Below, piece after piece: positions 1 through 6,997 of a stretch of DNA of 16,668 nucleotides (positions are counted from its first letter, which is position 1; each line of letters starts with the position of its first letter). The position numbers and the translations under genes were made by a program. This DNA is from an archaeon (lineage in GTDB: Archaea; Asgardarchaeota; Heimdallarchaeia; Heimdallarchaeales; JAJRWK01), in assembly GCA_024276795.1 (NCBI GenBank), contig JAJRWK010000032.1, positions 1 through 16,668 of the forward strand, given 5' to 3'. The notes under the pieces were generated by a model. It made no database searches and had not been told where the DNA came from. It saw only the letters and a program-made list of their open reading frames with translations.

Positions 1-1
1 A

Positions 2-2413
2 ATAGAGGAAAGCAATCCCTCATTCAATGAATCAGTACTAGACTATCAAGAGGACTATTCTATACTAGTAACGTTCAAAGACGGCCTAAACGGGTCAGTA
101 ATCAAAATAGGTTCATTTACTAGAAACTCTCAATCCAATGAGAGTTCCAACAATATCCAAGTAACATTCAACCTACTCCCCAATGGATCATACTCCTTCG
201 ATCTCACGGTTAACAGTTTTGTTAATCAGACGATCGCCATCATATGGACACTCAATGCTGAAGGATACGATATTGTGAACTACAAGCTAATCCTGTTCAC
301 AAGCCCGCGACCAATTGACCAAATAGTTGCATCTCCAACTTCAGAATTGATTGTTGGAGAAACTCCAAGCCCTTCGTTTGTTTCCTTTAAAGACAACATT
401 ACGGGACTTCAGGTTTACATACCGGAAGACAATACAACAATTCATTATTATGTTTATTCAGACCTAGCACTTTTCAATGGCTCAGATTCTTGGTATTGGG
501 AAACGATACCTGGTGGGATTGGTCTTTACATTTACATTATTCCAGCAGAAAACGATGCAGGAAAAATCATCACTTTGAAATTACCTGTTCAGATAGATGG
601 ATATGACTTAGTCATTCTCGAAGTGTCTGTCAAAGTTGCACCTTTAATCTCGACCTCACTGAATTATGTGACCGTGGGTTCTCTTCATTACTTCGAGGAA
701 GGACAAGTATTGCTTAACTATGCAGACGAAAACGGCACTTTGCCAGCTTTTGATGTCTCCATTGTTGCAATTAACGCATCTGATGCATTTAAGCTAGTAT
801 CGATTAGTCAGCTACCCAATGACTCACGAATTGTCGAGTTTCGCGTAATGGAAAAGCTTCCCAACAATATCTTAATCCTCAACATCTCCACTTCAAGTCC
901 AGGATACGAGACACGTTCAATATTAATCCAGATAACCATGATTCGAGGTGATGTGGAGCTACTCTACTCCGACATAGGCCCCGTCCCCGTGTACAACGAA
1001 ACTGCAAACATCGTAATAGAGACCTTTGCTTACGGACAACCAGTAAATGCAGTAGTCATAGTTGAGAATTACAATGGAACGAAACCCCCACTCATTACTC
1101 CCGCAAACATGTCTTCACAATTTACTCTCATCATTTATTTGGATAACAAAGATGCAAACACGACTCTAGCAATCCGCCTTGTCATCAATACGGAGACCTT
1201 GTATGGTGAACAAACAATTTATGTGTCCGTCTTACCCCTAGCAAAAATCAACATTGACGTTGAAATTAGTGGTACCCTTGCTCCAGGCCAGAACTTTACA
1301 GTACTCATAACAGCAAGCGCTGAAGAAGCCACGCAACTACTAGCTCTAAACCAAGCATCAAATAACATAGACTTTTCAAAGATCAATGTGTCCATATTCG
1401 CGGCATTCACTCTTGCGGATGGATCCACCGTCTTGCAAAGCGAAAACATCACTCTTTCGACGGATGGAATTGCTGTTGCGGGGCCATTCACTGTTCCACT
1501 TAATGCAATGAATGCTTCTCTTAGTATCACGGCAAAAGGACTTGGCATTGCACCGGTAGAAATAAGCTCGTCCGTTTCAATTTCTTCACCAACGGGTCCT
1601 ACAACACTGGGTCCCGGAAACCAGAATGGTATACCAACGATCTATGTTCTTGCAGGAATTGCAACCGTAATTGGACTTGCAGCCCTCTTATTTATTATCA
1701 GACTTGTCCGAAAGAAGAAAGAACAACAACGAGAAGAGGAGACAAGGGCATTGCGCCTTATCGGTGAGGTAAGCAACGCACGGGCACTAATAATTGTTGA
1801 TAGAAGAACGGGATATGCAGTTTTCACTCACAAATTCCAAGATGTGCCCGTAGATCCTCAACTCATTGCAGGAATCTTACACGCCTATGGTGCTTTTGAT
1901 CAAGAGATCACAGGGGGAATGGCCATTGACGTTCCACCAGGATTTTATCGGGTTGAACTTGGAAATCACTTCATTAACCGTGTCGTCGGAGACCCGTATG
2001 ATATTTACTTAATCACTTCTGGCCCAACCGATTCTCTCAAGGAAGGATTGTTGGAATTTGCCGACTGGTTTACTAAGAAATTCAAAACTGATGAGCCAGT
2101 AACAGATCTGGAATTCTATGATAGTGAAAGCCATGAGATAGAGTACATGCTCAACAAAACACTCCACGGCTGGATAACTGAAGAGATCATAACCACGAAT
2201 AAGCCCCAAAGAAAACTAAGACCTCTGGAACAGGAGATCCTTAAATGGGTTGATGAAGAGGAATCAGGGGAATTCACCCAAATCATTGAGGAATTCTCAC
2301 ACACTGCCACCGTGCCTGAAATCTTCAACGCTGTAAAGAAATTGTTTGAAGAAGGCTACCTAATGGTTATGAAAAGTGATGACATGAACAACGATGAAAC
2401 ATTCTCGATTTAG
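2..2413 (+). CDS. Large N-glycosylated type-I surface/receptor-like protein (5'-truncated by window edge) with a cytosolic longin/roadblock-like module and a winged-helix-like tail
   Basis: The frame of the 275..2413 ORF stays open back to base 2 (IEESNPSFNESVLDYQEDYSILVTFKDGLNGS...). The GTG at 275 is therefore not the real start and the gene continues upstream. The ectodomain is about 543 aa with about 20 N-x-S/T sequons. A single TM helix IPTIYVLAGIATVIGLAALLFIIRLV (nt 1631-1708) is followed by RKKKEQQREEE. Next comes an alpha/beta module (ALIIVDRRTGYAVFTHKF...LIAGILHAYGAFDQEI...YDIYLITSG...LLEFADWFTKKF, about nt 1778-2086). The tail is HTH-like (LEQEILKWVDEEESGEFTQIIEEF..VPEIFNAVKKLFEEGYLMV). 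Confidence 0.8.
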   Translation: MEESNPSFNESVLDYQEDYSILVTFKDGLNGSVIKIGSFTRNSQSNESSNNIQVTFNLLPNGSYSFDLTVNSFVNQTIAIIWTLNAEGYDIVNYKLILFTSPRPIDQIVASPTSELIVGETPSPSFVSFKDNITGLQVYIPEDNTTIHYYVYSDLALFNGSDSWYWETIPGGIGLYIYIIPAENDAGKIITLKLPVQIDGYDLVILEVSVKVAPLISTSLNYVTVGSLHYFEEGQVLLNYADENGTLPAFDVSIVAINASDAFKLVSISQLPNDSRIVEFRVMEKLPNNILILNISTSSPGYETRSILIQITMIRGDVELLYSDIGPVPVYNETANIVIETFAYGQPVNAVVIVENYNGTKPPLITPANMSSQFTLIIYLDNKDANTTLAIRLVINTETLYGEQTIYVSVLPLAKINIDVEISGTLAPGQNFTVLITASAEEATQLLALNQASNNIDFSKINVSIFAAFTLADGSTVLQSENITLSTDGIAVAGPFTVPLNAMNASLSITAKGLGIAPVEISSSVSISSPTGPTTLGPGNQNGIPTIYVLAGIATVIGLAALLFIIRLVRKKKEQQREEETRALRLIGEVSNARALIIVDRRTGYAVFTHKFQDVPVDPQLIAGILHAYGAFDQEITGGMAIDVPPGFYRVELGNHFINRVVGDPYDIYLITSGPTDSLKEGLLEFADWFTKKFKTDEPVTDLEFYDSESHEIEYMLNKTLHGWITEEIITTNKPQRKLRPLEQEILKWVDEEESGEFTQIIEEFSHTATVPEIFNAVKKLFEEGYLMVMKSDDMNNDETFSI

Positions 2414-2614
2414 TAGCGAACAACAGCTTAACAATGTTACTAAAATACAAATGGCCTCTCATCTTACCTGGAAAAAGCGGCACGATGGGAAGCATTTCCT
2501 CTGCTACATTATGCGGAATAATGGATAGTAGGTAACACCCTGGGTTCACAGTTGTTCCAAACACACAAAGACCGGACACTAGCGACTTGTCTTCAGATGC
2601 TAGTAGTGGAGCCA

Positions 2615-3421
2615 TTACTCGGGCAGCAGATTATACATGGAGATCATACGTAGCAGATCTTTCTCTGTGAATATTCCAACAAGTTTCTCATTAGAAGTGA
2701 TTGGAACAGCACCAATATTCTTCCCCATCATAAGATTCACAATTTCTTTGACTGAAGCATTTCGATCTGCGGTGATCACCGGCGTTGTAGCAATTTCACT
2801 CACCTTTACCTCCAGCAAGGTACTATCCTTTTCGAGAAGAGAGTCTTTTCTCCGATGCAACACTTTCAAAATATCGGAAGCAGTTAAAATACCCTCCACG
2901 GTTTCGTGGTCTGAAGAAACAACAAGTCTGCGAATTTTGTTATGAGCCATGGACTTGATTGCGTGCTTTATCGATTTAGTGGGCTCAATTGTGATGACAT
3001 TGGAGGTGAAAAACTCTTCCAAGCTAGCATCTGCAAGAGATCCTGCAAAATGCTTGACAATGTCACGCTCGGTAACAATTCCCCCTAATGTTCCTTGTTG
3101 GTCAGTCACTAGTAATAGCGCGCCAACATTATTGCGATCCATCAGATTGACCGCTTCTTGAACAGAAGCCCTCGCGTCAATAACGATGGGTCTTGAGCTC
3201 ATGAATTCTTGAACTGGTATTGAGAGAACCGTCGGCAAGTTTTCCTCGGCTAGAACAGAAATAATATCCTTGACCGTAATCATGCCCGTAATTTGTCCCA
3301 CGTTGTCCAGGACAGGCAGACGTCGGATATTATTCTCAACCATTATCTCGACAGCATCCAACAACGTCTTATCATCTTCAATAAAGATTGTTTCAAGGGT
3401 AGCAATACCGGCGATTTCCAT
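2615..3421 (-). CDS. CBS-domain protein (two CBS pairs, four CBS repeats)
   Basis: Four repeats of the CBS pattern are present. They are TLLDAVEIMVENNIRRLPVLD..GMITVKDIISVL, SVQEAVNLMDRNNVGALLLV..GIVTERDIVKHF, SIKHAIKSMAHNKIRRLVVS..GILTASDILKVL and SVKEIVNLMMGKNIGAVPIT..GIFTEKDLLRMI. ATG start, 268 aa. Confidence 0.9.
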   Translation of the reverse strand: MEIAGIATLETIFIEDDKTLLDAVEIMVENNIRRLPVLDNVGQITGMITVKDIISVLAEENLPTVLSIPVQEFMSSRPIVIDARASVQEAVNLMDRNNVGALLLVTDQQGTLGGIVTERDIVKHFAGSLADASLEEFFTSNVITIEPTKSIKHAIKSMAHNKIRRLVVSSDHETVEGILTASDILKVLHRRKDSLLEKDSTLLEVKVSEIATTPVITADRNASVKEIVNLMMGKNIGAVPITSNEKLVGIFTEKDLLRMISMYNLLPE

Positions 3422-3530
3422 ATTAACTCATGTATTCGTAAATTTCTAACTTTATGAAAATTCCGCATGATTGTTCCGCAATACGGGAAAATACATTAAG
3501 ATTGCAAGCTATTCTTGAGGAAAAGCATGC

Positions 3531-3626
3531 TGGTGCCCCGGCCGGGATTTGAACCCGGGTTGCCGGCTTTCTTCAGAAATGATCTTCGAAAGGCCGGAGT
3601 CCTGGGCCGGACTAGACGACCGGGGC
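3531..3626 (-). tRNA. tRNA-Glu (anticodon UUC) with 18-nt intron at the canonical 37/38 site and genomically encoded CCA
   Basis: The reverse complement folds as a cloverleaf. Acceptor GCCCCGG/CCGGGGC. D stem GTCT/GGAC with loop AGTCCGGCCCA. Anticodon stem CCGGC/GCCGG with loop CT-TTC-G[intron AAGATCATTTCTGAAGAA]A. Variable loop of 4 nt. T arm CCGGG-TTCAAAT-CCCGG. Discriminator A, then CCA. A T-run follows the 3' end on the minus strand. Confidence 0.9.
3569..3586 (-). other. tRNA-Glu intron (18 nt)
   Basis: There are 25 nt between the two halves of the anticodon stem. Of these, 7 form the loop CUUUCGA and the remaining AAGATCATTTCTGAAGAA is removable. The exact boundary can shift by 1 nt because of the flanking A. 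Confidence 0.75.
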
Positions 3627-3790
3627 TTTAAAACAAGCCGTCATGATCTGCCAGCATAACACAAACCTTCGCATTTCATTTTATATCTTTCTCTTGGTGC
3701 CACATAATATCGTCAGTCATTCTTCCCGGCATCCGCGATAAGTGCCTTGCTCCAAAAAGACAAATTAAGCAGTGTTTCGATTAATGACAT

Positions 3791-4405
3791 GTGAGTGGTT
3801 CCGCAGAGATTAGAGACGAAGAGCTTCGGTCCATAACTGATATGTTCATCAATGACCGTAGGTCAAAAGCGTTCGAAGCCCTTCAAGAAACGTTTCTAGG
3901 ATGGATGGAGGAAAAAGAATTAGACGATATTGAACATGCCATCATTCAATTCAGTGATTGGCTCACAAAACAAGGATACGAAGTAGAAGCTGCTTGGCTC
4001 CTAGCACGATTACTTTTCCTTCATTTGTCCCATGGAAATATTCAAGGTGCTCGAGCAATCGCCCCAAAACTTGAAGAATATGTTTCCCTCTCTCCGTCTG
4101 CACAAATTGCTTTGCAACAATACAAGATTCGGATGGAGCGAAAAGAAACCATTTTCTCGCCTATGACCATCGAGAGAAGGTCATTTCTTGGAGTCGATAT
4201 TCCCAAGAAAGAAACCCCTCTTGCGTTATTTGATTCAGTAGACGAGGCAAAGGAATGGATTAAGAAGACATTTGGTGAAGGCATTTACGAAGTGGTTCTC
4301 TTAGAAGAACGATCAAATATTTCTCAACATGTAACAGTTCCCATTGGGAAGGTCACAGAATACGAGATCATTGAGGAAAGATACGAGGGCATGAAACCAG
4401 AGTAA
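3791..4405 (+). CDS. Hypothetical protein (helical N-terminal half, no family recognised)
   Basis: A 204-aa ORF bounded upstream by in-frame TAA TGA. The start is GTG at 3791, with the first ATG at 3842. A weak A/T box AAATTAAG (3762-3769) lies about 26 nt upstream of the GTG. Composition is similar to neighbouring genes. I recognise no motif. Confidence 0.55.
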   Translation: MSGSAEIRDEELRSITDMFINDRRSKAFEALQETFLGWMEEKELDDIEHAIIQFSDWLTKQGYEVEAAWLLARLLFLHLSHGNIQGARAIAPKLEEYVSLSPSAQIALQQYKIRMERKETIFSPMTIERRSFLGVDIPKKETPLALFDSVDEAKEWIKKTFGEGIYEVVLLEERSNISQHVTVPIGKVTEYEIIEERYEGMKPE

Positions 4406-4483
4406 TTGCTCTTAGAGAAAAACACCAAAGATCTTAGCCGTCTCTTCCCCTTGGCTTTTGGCTTTGAAAACCATATTCCGTAG

Positions 4484-5398
4484 TCATTTTGGCATTAGAG
4501 ACCTTAAGAATTGAAGTGTGGACGGAAGATCCTTCTGTGAAATCCCCCCAAGCAGAATTTCTTGAACTCCAATTGAATCCAATTCTCTAAGTTTTCGCTG
4601 GACAGCCTTTCTTTCCATCACTAAGCAGAATTCGTCTGCAAGTAAATGGAGTTTGTCAAGAGGGAGCTCCTCTAGTCTTGTTGTTTTTTTCTTTATCTTC
4701 AGAAGAATGCTTGATATTTCCGTGGGAAAAGCCTCTAGGGTCTTTCTTGATACGGAAGAAATCACCATATTTAGGAGGGATATATTTCGCTGTTGATATT
4801 TTTCGTCATTTGGGAAAAATACAGGGATGAATGTCGATACGGTTTTGAAGGGATTCTTTTCTAGGAGATGAGAGAGTTCATGCACGCTACCTGTGTTTCC
4901 AATATAACCGTCAACAATGTCACAAAGCGATGAGAGAACTGATTGATTCTGTGTGCCTAAGAAAACCAAGGGGACACTCCTAGGGCGTTTCATTTGCAGA
5001 TGCGGATATTTAGGATCCTCGCCCTTTTGAATGAAATTGACAATACTGTGTACCTTTTCTATGAAAAGCGAAACAGATCTTTCCAACCGTAGTAGATTAG
5101 AACTTCTTTTGTCACCAGCACCCAAACCAATGATCACAGGTTCTGAAACAAGCTCTTGCAAAGTTAAGATTTTTCGAACAATATTGAATGGATGATACAG
5201 AGAGGTTGCTACGACGGAAATCCCAAATCGTTTCTTTTGAAGTATGGCAGACAAACCAAGCAATGTAAGAAATGGATCATATCCCTCAATGGAATCGCCA
5301 ATCCAAAAACGATGCACACCCTCTTGAAACGCTATTTCTGCGTGGCTTACGTGTGTTTGAAATGGGGACTTGGGGGCAATAGCGACACTAAGTTTCAT
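4484..5398 (-). CDS. Luciferase-like monooxygenase (LLM) family flavin/F420-dependent oxidoreductase
   Basis: The N-terminal half follows the LLM/Mer-type TIM-barrel pattern: MKLSVAIAP...AEIAFQEGVHRFWIGDSIEGYDPFLTLLGLSAILQKKRFGISVVATSLYHPFNIVRKILTLQELVSEPVIIGLGAGD. ATG start, with a TATA-like box 26 nt upstream. Confidence 0.7.
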   Translation of the reverse strand: MKLSVAIAPKSPFQTHVSHAEIAFQEGVHRFWIGDSIEGYDPFLTLLGLSAILQKKRFGISVVATSLYHPFNIVRKILTLQELVSEPVIIGLGAGDKRSSNLLRLERSVSLFIEKVHSIVNFIQKGEDPKYPHLQMKRPRSVPLVFLGTQNQSVLSSLCDIVDGYIGNTGSVHELSHLLEKNPFKTVSTFIPVFFPNDEKYQQRNISLLNMVISSVSRKTLEAFPTEISSILLKIKKKTTRLEELPLDKLHLLADEFCLVMERKAVQRKLRELDSIGVQEILLGGISQKDLPSTLQFLRSLMPK

Positions 5399-5420
5399 TA
5401 AGAGAATTCGGAATGAAGGG

Positions 5421-5427
5421 TTTATAG
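5421..5427 (-). promoter_or_regulatory. Candidate TATA box (CTATAAA on minus strand) for the LLM oxidoreductase gene
   Basis: Centred about 26 nt upstream of the ATG at 5398. This implies a leaderless or near-leaderless transcript. Confidence 0.4.
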
Positions 5428-5455
5428 TTGTTCTTAGAGATACAAGACGTGGGGT

Positions 5456-6973
5456 CTATTCGAGATGTAGCGCCTCCTTCAAGTAAAGCAGACGGTTTTG
5501 CACAACGCTGACAAACTCATCGTTGAAGGTCAAGAAGCCAGAATAACTCCCTCTTACGTCTCTGTACAAGACCAGTGCCACCCGAATTATTGGCAAATCG
5601 ATTACTGCAAAACGATACTCTGAAAGCGGAATCAAGCCTCGAGAAACATAAATGCCTCTCGAAGTCCGCAGATCGAGACTTTCATCCGGACCAAGCTCTA
5701 GGAATAGTTCTAGGGGAACTCCTTGATTTATGAGAGACATGAGACGATCCATCGCTGTTTTCAAACCCCGGGAATCTCCAATTCCAAGAGCCAATGGCCT
5801 AGGACGACCCGTTGAATAGTCATCAAAACTCCCTTGCTTCGCAAAATAGGTCGCCATTTCTTCCATAAAACGCATAAAAGCAAGAGAGGAAGCAACATCA
5901 AGAACGACTTTCCAGCTTTTCTCAGGGGTCTTCATGATTTCTGCAATTCTTTCTGAATCTAACTCTCTTATTGCGCTTCCGAGCTGAGTCAAAATATCAA
6001 TTACGTCAACTTCTACGGGAATATCGTTACGTTGCCTTTGAATGATCATTTGGAAAATCCCGGTTCCAGCGACTTGTTGGAATCTTGCTTGTGCCACTGG
6101 TAGGTCTAGTGAATAAATAAAACGGATCAATTCTCCAAGCGGTCCCTCCATACCAATTTGGGCAAGCTCAGATCGGATCATGGGAATAATTACTTGCTCC
6201 AAGCTAGGAATCAATTTTCGATAAATCAAACGAAGAACCTTGCTAAGAACTAATTCTGATCCTGCTTCAAAGAATTGGATAGCCTTTGCCGCATCAATCC
6301 TTGAAACAAAAGCCCACCATTCCTCTTCTTCTCCATAGGAAAAAGGATGAATCACGTGGAACCATTTTTGGTCTTGTGTTATGACGCGGACATTGACTTC
6401 GCTTAATTGGACATGCAAAAGATCAACAATATCCCTCCAAAAGAACTGCGAGTGCTGAAGAGCGCTGGCCTCCCGATGGTTAATCAATATGGGCCATCCC
6501 TCTGGAGTAGCGATTCCGATGAGGTCAATAAAGGGATATTTTTCCATGTATTCGTGAATAATCTGTTCAGCATGAGCCATTTCCCGAGGGTTCACAGGAA
6601 GTTTTTCACCTAGTAGGAGATCCAAGTCTCGTCTTAATGCCCTCAGTTCATGTTGTGCTGCCCCCTTTTCAATAATGAGCTCTTCTGACTCCTTTAGACG
6701 TTGCATGATTCTATTTAGAAGCCTACGTGCTCCATTTCTGCTTACGGTTTGACTACATCTGAGAGCTACGAGGAAGTCACCGTCTCGTAGATATTGAATA
6801 TAGGAAGTTTCTAATTCCTCCATGATGATGTTTTCGCCTGTTGCTTCAAGCCCTAAAGCATCTTGAGCAGCAATTCTTCCTGCTGATAACATATTGTCTG
6901 TTTTTGCTTCTCCAAGATGGATAATGGGTGCGCTCTTGTAGAGCACATAGAGCTCAAGAATATCCGAATGCAT
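5456..6973 (-). CDS. Hypothetical multi-domain protein with about three longin/roadblock-like modules
   Basis: 505 aa, ATG start. Module 1 (aa 1-95): ILELYVLYKSAPIIHL..MLSAGRIAAQDALG..YIQYLRDGDFLVALRCS..ARRLLNRIMQRLKE. Module 2 (aa ~125-245) has a roadblock/LC7-like order: AEQIIHEYMEKYPFIDLIGIATPEGWPILINH..FFWRDIVDLLHVQL..VRVITQDQKWFHVIHPF..WWAFVSRID..AIQFFEAG. Module 3 (C-terminus): LKTAMDRLMSLI..YRFAVIDLPIIRVALVLYRD..GFLTFNDEFVSVVQNRLLYLKEAL. It lies only 24 nt downstream of the preceding gene, and the spacer is purine-rich (AAAGGCGGGG). Confidence 0.8.
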   Translation of the reverse strand: MHSDILELYVLYKSAPIIHLGEAKTDNMLSAGRIAAQDALGLEATGENIIMEELETSYIQYLRDGDFLVALRCSQTVSRNGARRLLNRIMQRLKESEELIIEKGAAQHELRALRRDLDLLLGEKLPVNPREMAHAEQIIHEYMEKYPFIDLIGIATPEGWPILINHREASALQHSQFFWRDIVDLLHVQLSEVNVRVITQDQKWFHVIHPFSYGEEEEWWAFVSRIDAAKAIQFFEAGSELVLSKVLRLIYRKLIPSLEQVIIPMIRSELAQIGMEGPLGELIRFIYSLDLPVAQARFQQVAGTGIFQMIIQRQRNDIPVEVDVIDILTQLGSAIRELDSERIAEIMKTPEKSWKVVLDVASSLAFMRFMEEMATYFAKQGSFDDYSTGRPRPLALGIGDSRGLKTAMDRLMSLINQGVPLELFLELGPDESLDLRTSRGIYVSRGLIPLSEYRFAVIDLPIIRVALVLYRDVRGSYSGFLTFNDEFVSVVQNRLLYLKEALHLE

Positions 6974-6997
6974 GATTGCCCCGCCTTTTCATCTTAA

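Noticed and set aside
2367-2615. An 82-aa minus-strand ORF whose ATG overlaps the CBS gene stop codon (TAATG), suggesting translational coupling. It fills the otherwise empty 200-bp convergent gap.
   Set aside because: Its composition is Cys/His/Phe-rich with few Glu/Lys/Asp, unlike every credible gene here. It has no recognisable motif, and its 3' end runs 47 nt antisense into the surface-protein gene. It is most likely a chance ORF. Only ribosome profiling or conservation would rescue it.
4406-4483. The convergent intergenic region between the 204-aa gene and the LLM gene as a bidirectional terminator (AAGATCTT palindrome, T4-T5 runs on both strands).
   Set aside because: The palindrome has no loop and the T-runs are short. 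This is plausible termination signal density but not specific enough to annotate.
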